From assembly GCF_035285525.1 (NCBI RefSeq), contig NZ_JAYKGW010000050.1, forward strand, positions 1 through 32,000: 32,000 nt of DNA. Reading direction: 5' to 3'. Shown piece by piece: positions 1 through 8,540 of the stretch (its first letter is position 1; every line of letters begins with the position of its first letter). The position numbers were made by a program, and so were the translations under genes. The notes beneath the pieces are model-generated. The model was given only the letters and a program-made list of their open reading frames with translations, was not told the DNA's origin and searched no databases. This DNA is from Okeania sp. Lineage in GTDB: Bacteria; Cyanobacteriota; Cyanobacteriia; Cyanobacteriales; Microcoleaceae.

Positions 1-549
1 TTGAGGTTGAGAATTTAATATAAATTTTGAGATGGCTGTAGTTACATTTTCTGGATTTAAACCACCTGCTAATAACCAAGGATAAGTAGGATGAAATTGT
101 GCAATAATTTCCCAATTTAAAGTTTTGCCAGTACCTCCTAATTTATCTGGAGCATAAGCATCTAGAAGTAATGTATCAACATAATTTTTATAAATATTTG
201 CTTTGGTTAAATCTTCAGAAGATTTGATTCTCATCGCTTTAATTATTTCTACATTTGGTATTGACTGACGTAGTTGATGACAAAATTCTGGAGATTCATC
301 TCCATGTAGTTGTATTCCATTTATTTTTGTATGAGTAATTATTTCTGATAATAAGTCGATTTTGGCATTAACAAATACTCCGATTTTATCAATATTTTTT
401 GGTAGTTTATCCACAATATTTCTGATGTTTTCTGGAGTAATATAACGGGGTGATTTAGGAAAACAGATAAATCCTAGAGCTGTTGCTCCTATTTGAGCGA
501 TCGCTTGTCCTTGCTCTGGTTTTGTAATTCCACAAATTTTGATGCGCAT
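1..549 (-). CDS. trpF: Phosphoribosylanthranilate isomerase TrpF (C-terminal end cut by window edge)
   Basis: Not in the ORF track because it runs off the window. The reverse-strand ATG lies at 549..547 and the frame stays open to position 1 (183 codons). Translation: MRIKICGITKPEQGQAIAQIGATALGFICFPKSPRYI...GIQLHGDESPEF...LLDAYAPDKLGGTGKTLNWE...WLLAGGLNPENV. The KICGIT, QLHGDE, GGTG and LAGGL motifs are TrpF hallmarks. Confidence 0.85.
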   Translation of the reverse strand, partial: MRIKICGITKPEQGQAIAQIGATALGFICFPKSPRYITPENIRNIVDKLPKNIDKIGVFVNAKIDLLSEIITHTKINGIQLHGDESPEFCHQLRQSIPNVEIIKAMRIKSSEDLTKANIYKNYVDTLLLDAYAPDKLGGTGKTLNWEIIAQFHPTYPWLLAGGLNPENVTTAISKFILNSQPQ

Positions 550-587
550 TAATTTTACCTAATGGAGTGAGACAGCTAATGGGTTAG

Positions 588-629
588 AATAATTAATAAT
601 TAATAATTAATAATTAATAATTAATAATT
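588..629. repeat. Heptamer tandem repeat (AATAATT)x6, STRR-like
   Basis: Six perfect 7-bp units read directly, located 39 bp upstream of the trpF start. Confidence 0.9.
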
Positions 630-1038
630 ATCTATTCTGATCAAGAAAAGGATTAGCTAAAAGAAATTTTTTTTGTTTTTCTTGGTTGATTGGATATGAC
701 GCAGTGTTTTTTCTCCATGAATGGAGAGCTTTATGCCTTTATTTTTCGGTAAATTAAGGCAAGTGGGTTTATATAATCTTAGGTTTAGCATTAAAATTTT
801 CAACTAAAATCTGCCCTTACAATTGCAATATTTTAGGTGTTTTAGTTTGTTACGATGGTAACTAAATTTTAGATTTTTGTATCAAAACTTAAAGTTATTG
901 TTAATTATTAAAACAAATTGTAGCTTTTAGTTGAACCTTTTTGATAATTTGCCAAGTATAAGTTTATTTAGACACCACGCCATTGGGCGAGGTATTTTAA
1001 ATTAACTCCAAATCTTTTTAATTTCAGGAGATAAGAAT

Positions 1039-1320
1039 TTGATTTATTCTGACTTAATTTTAGCAGTGCAATCTCATCCTCTTTCTGCGGAGTGGTCGCC
1101 AAAAGTGGCAATTGTCATGATAACTTGTAATATAGTAGCGATTGTGATTGGCTACTATGCTATTTCTAAGAAAAATCGTGGACAAGGACCTGATTTACCT
1201 GTATCCTTACCCGCAATTTTTACTGGGTTTGGAATACCAGAATTATTAGCTACTACCAGTTTTGGTCATATTTTGGGAGCAGGAATGATTTTAGGGCTTG
1301 GTAGTGCTGGTATGTTATAG
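1039..1320 (+). CDS. psaK: Photosystem I reaction centre subunit PsaK
   Basis: 93-aa ORF with two predicted TM helices. It carries the PsaK signatures WSPKVAIVMI..CN and GFG.PELLATTSFGHILGAGMILGL. The start is TTG, with AGGAGA 7-8 nt upstream. Confidence 0.88.
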   Translation: MIYSDLILAVQSHPLSAEWSPKVAIVMITCNIVAIVIGYYAISKKNRGQGPDLPVSLPAIFTGFGIPELLATTSFGHILGAGMILGLGSAGML

Positions 1321-1351
1321 AATAGATATAACCTGATTTTAGTTATGAAGT

Positions 1352-1395
1352 ATAGGGGGGTATTTTCTTGACAAAGAAAAGACTTCCCTATTTTT
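1352..1395 (+). terminator. Possible intrinsic terminator of psaK
   Basis: Outer stem ATAGGG/CCCTAT and inner stem TTTTCTT/AAGAAAA, followed by TTTT, 32 nt after the psaK stop. Confidence 0.4.
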
Positions 1396-3078
1396 AGTCT
1401 GTAATTTTAATAGATGTATAAACCAAGTATTGATTGTTATTTTTGACCAAAAAATCTTGTCTCAAGTCTCCCTTTTCCAGGAGATAAAAAAGAAAACTTA
1501 GTATTGTAAAGTATTTTTAGTCTCCTATTTCAGTAAGAGGCACTGATAACTGATAACTGATAAATTGCTTAACTACTGATCTTATACTAATTCCTAAAAG
1601 TAGTGCTATACTTGGGTCATACTTCAGTTATTAACTAATCACCACAAACAGAATCACTTCTTTGCTAACTTTAGCTAAGTTAATGTTAATTATTCTTATG
1701 TTTGCTTCTCCCCTACTCCCCTACTCCCTTATTCCCCTACTCAACAAAATGTAGAAAAGTTTTTGAGAAATGGTATTACACTTTGCTGATGCAGTACAGT
1801 ACCCTCTAAACTTACTCAGTTAGTTAATAAATATAGTCATATAAAAGAGGAAATAGGGAACAGAGAAACAAGTGGAATAATTGATAACTTCTAGAGCAGA
1901 ATTGATTTTAATTGTTATTTTTGGATATGTCTAATTTTATTATCTTTAAAAAATAGCTAAATACTTGAAACTCAAGATTTCAGAAGCGGAAATTAAGTGG
2001 GTGAAAACAGAAGACAAGATAGGTAGAGGTAGGCACGAAAAAAACTAACTATCTAAACTTTCATACTGAAGACTTAATATAACTTTTACTAATTCAATTA
2101 TATTTTGATATTGTTTTTATAAATTTAATTAGCCTCATTTTTCCCAGATTGTGACAAATTATTTCACGAGCTTGCGTTATTTCAGAAATTTGGTATCATA
2201 CCCTGTACATAAGGTATTGTGCCAATGTTGTGTCTAAACTTGAGAAAAGACTAACTTTTAACACGAAAAATAAAGATGGGAGTTTGGTAGCCTCGCCTTT
2301 TATGTATCGGGGCGGAAAAACGACTCAGGGGATTTTAATCGCCGTGAGTCTTAAAACCAACTCAATTGCTCTCCCTCTGTTCCTTTGAATTTACGACTAC
2401 GTTTGGTTTGAGTTTGAGTGGCTTGAGCAGAAAAGTCAGAAGTATCAAAAAGGTTAAGCTGAGTAGGATTAATTGGCTGATTAATTGCTGGTTTGACAAC
2501 TTTAACTTTTTGATTAACCAGTTCTCCAAACCCATAATTAAAGCCATCAGATTTATGTATTATCGTTAATCACATTTCAAATTTAGCAATTTTGAGCGGA
2601 GAAAAATAAGCTCAAAAAAACAAAATTCAGGCAATTACAAATATTCAAGAAATTATCTAATTTGACAAAATGATAGATATGAGGTATTTAGCTAAGATAT
2701 TTAATATCTATAGTTGTTCAAGTTAAGAATGAGACAAATGTTTCTTGCTATGAAAAGGTTTCAGCCGAAAAAGTGTTTCATTCTTAAATTAAATGGTTAT
2801 AAATAGGGTTGGCGCTCAAAAGTCTGATGGTGGAGGTAGGGAGTAGGGAGTTGTAGGGACGCCTTTATGCAACGTCCGTATAGAGTTAGAAAGAATAGGA
2901 GTTACAGAGGAAGTATTTGAAAAAATAGTTCCTTATTTTTTCTGTCTTAGTTAACGTAAAATGCTCAGTTTTTCAATCCTCACCATCTAAAAAATTGCAC
3001 TTTTTTCGACCATAAAAAGACTTCAATCATTAGTATGTAAAGACTTTGATATTTAATCAGCAAGCCCTAATTATATGG

Positions 3079-3352
3079 GTAAGTATTCAGCCGTCAGCTA
3101 TCAGCTATCAGCTATCAGAAGAGTGCTTTTAATCTTTGATAAAAGCTTTATTAATTGAGCCAAAAAAATCTTACTAAAAAAGTCAGTCCACTTGATATTA
3201 GAGTCTATTTTCATTGAAATAATCTCCTTAAACACAGGATTTCTTTGCTGTTAACGTTAGCAAAGCTCCTCTGCAAGAGGCACTTCCGACCCAGGAAGTT
3301 GGCTGAGGTGCTAATAGCTGTTTGCGCAGCATTCCCTATGCGAAATGCTTAC
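3079..3352. mobile_element. MITE, family 1 (TIR GTAAG[C/T]ATT...), 274 bp, TSD TTATATGG
   Basis: Left end is GTAAGTATTCAGCCGTCAGC and right end is ...GAAATGCTTAC. It is flanked by identical TTATATGG at 3071-3078 and 3353-3360. No ORF inside. Confidence 0.8.
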
Positions 3353-3468
3353 TTATATGGTATGACTTTGTAATGACTTTACATATAATCTTCCTAATTA
3401 CTGCAAAGATCAAAAACATTGTTTCAGCAAACCCTATTTACTTTTTCCTCCTTCTTTATTCCTTACTT

Positions 3469-5508
3469 CTACCAATTAAATTTCATACCTAAATATTCTT
3501 CTAAACGTTGATTATGAATTTGAAAATAATCGTTTAATTTTTGTCGAAGTGATTCACTGATAGATGAATAGGAACCAGCATTTAATTTAGGATAATTTGG
3601 AATTTCATAATCTGGCAAATCTAGAAAATTGAAAACTTGTTTCATTGTGTTTTTCGGGTTACTATAAAACTCTTCACTTTTCAAAATTAGTAACTGTTCT
3701 CTGGGAAAAATAGCTAACCATTTCTTGAGAAATTCTACATATACACCAGCAGCTATATAATCTCCTGCATAATTCCAATAATAAGGATTAGAAATTTGCC
3801 TTAGTTTTTCAAGTTGAGAATTAAGAGCTATTTCACAAGAACGAAATTCTTGATTTAAACGTACTTGATGATAGTAGTGAGAAACTGCTCGATCTACAGG
3901 GTTTCTTAGTATTAAAATTAGCTTAATTTTGGGAAAGAAATGGAAAATTCTACAGGGAGCATATTCAGCATCAAAATAGGTAGTGCTTGCTTCTCCAGTT
4001 AGAAATTTTTTTGAGTCGGAAATAGGAGGAAAATGTGCCTGATACCAGTCTATACCTCTATGGAAATAAAAAGACCAAAAATGTATTTCTTTTTTGATGG
4101 AAGGTAAAATTTGGGGATGTTTTGTTATGTAGTTATAAAGAGAGGTAGTTCCTCCTTTACCGACTCCAATAATGAGAAAGTTTGCTGGAGATAATTGTTC
4201 TAAGTTCCAATGTTTTTGAACAAAGATAGGACGAGATTTATTGACGTGATTTTTACAAGCTTTTTGATAATATTTTATTGCTTCTTTAGTTTTACCTATT
4301 TGAGTTAAAGCTTCTGCTAAATTTAGGTAAATGGAAACTGAATTATTTTGACGTTCAATAAATTTTTGAAATAAATTTATTGTCTCTTCAAGTTTGTCTA
4401 GTTTTTCAAAAGTTTCCCAGAGACGAGTATCAGACCACCAAGCAAAATCAGGATTTAATTCTATAGCACGATGGTAAGTAATGGCAGCTTCTAACCATTT
4501 TTTTTGTTGGGTTAATACTAATGCTAGATGATAGTAAGATTGACTATTTTGTTTTGTTTTAACAACAGAATAAAATGAGTTTAATTGTTGTTCTAATTGA
4601 ATTTTTTTTCTGAATATTTTGGCGATTTCTTGATATAATTCTGTTTGCTTTGGTGATATTTCTAGTAACAAATAATAGATAATAATTGCTCCAGGAATTT
4701 GATTTGCTTGTGCTAGAGAATTTCCTAATTCTAGATATAGTTCTGGATTTTTTCTGATAATATTTAGTGCTTTTTGGTAAATAGGATATTGGTCTGGGTT
4801 TTGAATTGCATGACAGTAATAATTGATAGTTTTATCTAAATTTGATTGAGAAATTTGAGCAAAAGCATCTCCTAATTGAAGGAACATCCAAGGTAAATGA
4901 GGTTTAGTCTGAGCAACTTCTAAATAAGTAGCGATCGCTTCGTCTAATCTTTTTTGTTTTAGTAAGACATCTCCTAAACATTGGCGATACCAAGTAACTT
5001 TTGGATTGAGTTTTATTGTCTGACGATATGCAATTTCTGCTGCTTCTAGTTTTCCAGTTTGAAAGAGAATTTCTGCTAATTTTTGGTGAGTTCCTTTAAC
5101 TTCTGGTTTGAGTTTTATTGCTGTTTGATAACAAGTAATTGCTTCGGCAAATTCTCCTACGTTAACCAGGGCTTCCCCTAATTTATTATAATCCCAATAA
5201 CTATCAGGTTTAAGTTTAATGGTTTGGCGGTAAGCGATGACAGCTTCTGACCATTTTTCTAGTTTAATTAAGGCATTTCCTAAGTGGTGGTAAGACCAAG
5301 GAAAATCAGGATTTAGTTTGATAGTTTGACGGTAAGCAATAACAGCTTCTGACCACTTTTTTAGTTGAGTTAAAGCTTCTCCTAATTTATAGTAAGACCA
5401 AGAAAAGTTAGGGTTTGATTTGATGGCTTGGCGGTAGCTAGTAATAGCTTCTGACCACTTTTTTTGTTCTAGGAATTTTTCTCCTAAGTCGTAGTAATTT
5501 ATTTCCAT
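3469..5508 (-). CDS. TPR-repeat protein with C-terminal PAPS-dependent sulfotransferase domain (paralog 1)
   Basis: 679 aa. The N-terminal ~440 aa consist of degenerate 34-aa TPR units (recurring KWSEAVIAYRQTIKLNPDFPWSYHHLG). The last 238 aa (nt 3472-4185) form the sulfotransferase fold: 5'-PSB loop FLIIGVGKGGTTSL, TGEAS (putative catalytic Glu) and 3'-PB LRNPVDRAVSHY. No signal peptide or TM segment. Confidence 0.9.
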   Translation of the reverse strand: MEINYYDLGEKFLEQKKWSEAITSYRQAIKSNPNFSWSYYKLGEALTQLKKWSEAVIAYRQTIKLNPDFPWSYHHLGNALIKLEKWSEAVIAYRQTIKLKPDSYWDYNKLGEALVNVGEFAEAITCYQTAIKLKPEVKGTHQKLAEILFQTGKLEAAEIAYRQTIKLNPKVTWYRQCLGDVLLKQKRLDEAIATYLEVAQTKPHLPWMFLQLGDAFAQISQSNLDKTINYYCHAIQNPDQYPIYQKALNIIRKNPELYLELGNSLAQANQIPGAIIIYYLLLEISPKQTELYQEIAKIFRKKIQLEQQLNSFYSVVKTKQNSQSYYHLALVLTQQKKWLEAAITYHRAIELNPDFAWWSDTRLWETFEKLDKLEETINLFQKFIERQNNSVSIYLNLAEALTQIGKTKEAIKYYQKACKNHVNKSRPIFVQKHWNLEQLSPANFLIIGVGKGGTTSLYNYITKHPQILPSIKKEIHFWSFYFHRGIDWYQAHFPPISDSKKFLTGEASTTYFDAEYAPCRIFHFFPKIKLILILRNPVDRAVSHYYHQVRLNQEFRSCEIALNSQLEKLRQISNPYYWNYAGDYIAAGVYVEFLKKWLAIFPREQLLILKSEEFYSNPKNTMKQVFNFLDLPDYEIPNYPKLNAGSYSSISESLRQKLNDYFQIHNQRLEEYLGMKFNW

Positions 5509-5765
5509 ATTAATCCTATTTTATTTGTGAAAAAAACTGTAGGCGTTTGGTCTCCAAACCTAAGCAAAAATGGGATTTAGAAACCAAAACCCTGAGATAA
5601 GATATTACAACTTTTATTCATAACTTTAAATTCTCCTTGCCAATTAATTCTTCCTTATTTTTAGGGAATAGGGAACAGGGAAAAGGTAAGAGTTTCCGTT
5701 TTTTTTATCTACTTTTTGATTGGTAACAACCTATTTAGGATTAATATATGCAATGGATTTATTGG

Positions 5766-5870
5766 TGAGGTACATCTACGCGGGCAAAATGCACGGTTCC
5801 CGAAAAATCGTACTGGGAATATTTCATTATTAATATTTGTACTTCAGATACTTGAAATTTGCTGTATATA
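5766..5870 (-). promoter_or_regulatory. Conserved upstream block shared with 10737-10822 (possible promoter/operator of TPR-sulfotransferase genes)
   Basis: GTGAGGTACATCTACGCGGGC plus ATTATTAATATTTGTACTTCAGATACTTGAAATTTGCTGTATATA lie 260-360 nt upstream of the 5508 start. A near-identical pair of blocks lies upstream of the 10691 start. Confidence 0.35.
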
Positions 5871-5916
5871 TTCTCTCTTCCTTCTTCCTTCTTCCTTTTT
5901 CCTTTTTCCTTTTTCC

Positions 5917-8172
5917 TCAATTTTCCCAATTAAATTTCCTACCCAAATACTCTTCTAATTTTTGATTATGAGGTTGAAAGAAATTGCTTAATTTTTGATG
6001 CAATGATTTACTGATAGGTGGATAGGAACCTAAATTTAATTTCTTATAATCAGGAACTTTATAATTTGGCAAACCAAGAAAGTTAAAGACTTGTTTCATT
6101 ATAATTGTGGGAGTGCGATAAAATTCTGCTGTTGATAATATCAGAAATTGTTTTGACGGAAATCTAGTCATCCAATTTTGGATAAAATCTATATATATTC
6201 CAGTGCCTAAATAATATAATCTATGATGCCAATAACTACTATCTAAGGGAGAATTTTTATAAATCATTTCCCAAGTTTCTAACTCCTCATTTAATGCAGT
6301 TTCTAGATCGCGATTTTCTCTATTTATTCTCAACCAATGATAATAATGAGAAATAGCTCTATCCACAGGATTTCTCAACATAATAATTAACTTAATTTTT
6401 GAGCAATAACTAAACATTCTTTCTGGCGCTTCCCAATTTCCTAAATAACTTGGACTTGCTTCTCCAGTGATAAAATTTTGATGGTTAGGAATGGCAGGAA
6501 AATGGGAGAGATACCAATTTATGCCTTTGTCAAAATTCATCGACCAAAAATTTATTTCTTTCACCACTGGAGACAAAACTTGAGGATGTTGGGTTAGATA
6601 ACTAAATAAAGATGTAGTTCCTCCTTTTCCTACTCCAATAATTAGAAAATCAGGATTTTTAACTTCTTTTAAATGCCACTGTTTTTGGAAAAGATAGGGG
6701 TGAGATTTTATGGTTTGTTGGTAACAAGCAGTTTGGTAACAAATAATTGCTTCATTGATTTTATTCTGTTTTGTCAGAATTTCTCCTAGATGTAAATAAG
6801 ATAAAAATGAATCTGGATTTTTGTTAATAAATTGCCGATATAAATTGACTACTGTATCTAATTTATTGCAGCGGTCTAAAGTATTCCATAAATTATAATT
6901 TGACCAAGATAATTCTGGATTAATTTCTATGGCATGGAGATAAGATATAGCAGCTTCCTCCCATTTTTGTTGCTCAATAAAAGCATCTCCTAAAAATTGA
7001 TGGATTTCGGAAATATTGGGTTGAAGAGAAATAGCTTTTTGATAAGAGGCGATCGCTTCTTCTAATTTTTTTTGTTTGACTAGAGTATTTCCTAAGTAAT
7101 TCCATAACCAAAAATTACTGGGATTTTTTTGAATTTCTTGGCGATAAATAGTTTCTGCTTTTTCCCATTTATCTTGTTTCAGAAATACATTCCATAAAGA
7201 TATTTGCGGTCTATCTATTTCTGGAGAAAGTTGGATTGCTTTTAAGTAATTAAGAATAGCTGCTTCTAATTTTCCTGTATTTTCCAGAACATCTGCTAAT
7301 GAATTATAAGACCAATAATAATTAGGATTAATTTCTATGGCACGACGATATGCTGTTATAGCTTCTGACCAATTTTCTAGTTTGGCTAAAGCATCTCCTA
7401 ATGAGTTATGAGACCAATAAGAATTAGGATTAATTGCTATTGCTTGATGATATTTGGTAATAGCTTTTGTTTCTTTTTCTTGTTTTAAGAAAACTTCTCC
7501 TAAATTATGGTGAGCAAAGTAAATTTCGGGATTTATTTCTACTGCTTTTTCGAGAATAATTTCTGCTTCATCTAATCTACCTAATATAATTAAAGTTTCC
7601 CCTAATTTATTGTGAGACCAATAAGAATTAGGATTAATTGCTACTGCTTTTTGATAGGCAGTTACTGCTTCATGTAAATTATTTTGATTAGTTAGTGCTT
7701 CTCCTAATTTTTCATAAGATAAATAAAATCCGGGATTTAGTTTAATTGCTTGTCTGAATGCTGTAGCAGCTAAATCCCATTTTGATAATTCTAGAAAACT
7801 CTCTCCTAGTTTTTGATATGACCAAGAAAAGTTAGGGTTAAGTTCTATGGCACGTTGATAATAATTTACAGCTTTTTCCCACTGTTGAAGTTGCATTAAT
7901 GCTTCCCCTAATTTGTGATGAAACCAGGAAAAATTAGGGTTCAGTTTAATTCCATCTTGGTAAATAGTAATAGCTTGGGAAAATTGTTTTTGTTTGAGGT
8001 AAATATCTCCCAATTTTTGGTAAATTTCCCAATGTTCAGGTTGCAGTTCTATAACTTTTTCATAACAGGCGATCGCTTCGTCTATTTGGCTTTGGGATAA
8101 ATAATTTTCTGCTTGTTTTTGGTTTTGCAGTGCTATAGTTTGTAAGTCTTTATTTGAGGGCATAAAAGTCAT
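5917..8172 (-). CDS. TPR-repeat protein with C-terminal sulfotransferase domain (paralog 2)
   Basis: 751 aa with a long TPR array. Sulfotransferase motifs are FLIIGVGKGGTTSL, TGEASPSY and LRNPVDRAISHY. The C-terminus LEEYLGRKFNW is almost identical to paralogs 1 and 3. Confidence 0.9.
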   Translation of the reverse strand: MTFMPSNKDLQTIALQNQKQAENYLSQSQIDEAIACYEKVIELQPEHWEIYQKLGDIYLKQKQFSQAITIYQDGIKLNPNFSWFHHKLGEALMQLQQWEKAVNYYQRAIELNPNFSWSYQKLGESFLELSKWDLAATAFRQAIKLNPGFYLSYEKLGEALTNQNNLHEAVTAYQKAVAINPNSYWSHNKLGETLIILGRLDEAEIILEKAVEINPEIYFAHHNLGEVFLKQEKETKAITKYHQAIAINPNSYWSHNSLGDALAKLENWSEAITAYRRAIEINPNYYWSYNSLADVLENTGKLEAAILNYLKAIQLSPEIDRPQISLWNVFLKQDKWEKAETIYRQEIQKNPSNFWLWNYLGNTLVKQKKLEEAIASYQKAISLQPNISEIHQFLGDAFIEQQKWEEAAISYLHAIEINPELSWSNYNLWNTLDRCNKLDTVVNLYRQFINKNPDSFLSYLHLGEILTKQNKINEAIICYQTACYQQTIKSHPYLFQKQWHLKEVKNPDFLIIGVGKGGTTSLFSYLTQHPQVLSPVVKEINFWSMNFDKGINWYLSHFPAIPNHQNFITGEASPSYLGNWEAPERMFSYCSKIKLIIMLRNPVDRAISHYYHWLRINRENRDLETALNEELETWEMIYKNSPLDSSYWHHRLYYLGTGIYIDFIQNWMTRFPSKQFLILSTAEFYRTPTIIMKQVFNFLGLPNYKVPDYKKLNLGSYPPISKSLHQKLSNFFQPHNQKLEEYLGRKFNWEN

Positions 8173-8174
8173 TT

Positions 8175-8195
8175 CAGTTATTAGTTATCAGTTAT
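8175..8195. repeat. Heptamer repeat (CAGTTAT/TAGTTAT)x3 abutting the start codon of the 5917-8172 gene
   Basis: Read directly. It starts 2 nt from the reverse-strand ATG at 8172. Confidence 0.85.
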
Positions 8196-8540
8196 CAATA
8201 CCTCTGACTAAATCCAGAGACTTGAAATACTGAAGCTCATTTTTTTTCATCCTCTTAACAGGATTCGTCAAAAGTAATCTGAGTAATTTCTGAGGCAAAA
8301 ATTTAGCTATGTCAAAATGTGAAAGTCGAAATTAACCTCTGAGCAGAAATTTACTTTTCCTTTTCTAGAAAGTTCCGAGTTAAAAGTTAGGCGACTCATT
8401 TTTTTTAAGCTTTCTAGTATCTGGATTGAAGTCCCTAATAAATCTCATCATCGGATAAATATGTATTTGTTTTTTATCCTATATATTCCTTGACTAAATA
8501 TGTGTAATTAATTTGGGAAAAATGCTGACACAAAACCTTG

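Noticed and set aside
2362-2569. Two overlapping 61/67-aa track ORFs on opposite strands
   Set aside because: Both translations are Leu/Phe/Ile-rich low-complexity sequence. The third frame on the minus strand looks more protein-like and is reported as a low-confidence finding instead.
5716-5958. 80-aa plus-strand ORF in the spacer between sulfotransferase paralogs
   Set aside because: It is built from the conserved upstream block plus the polypyrimidine tract, and it overlaps the 3' end of the 5917-8172 gene. The translation (..LFLLPSSFFLFPFSSIF..) is a repeat artefact.
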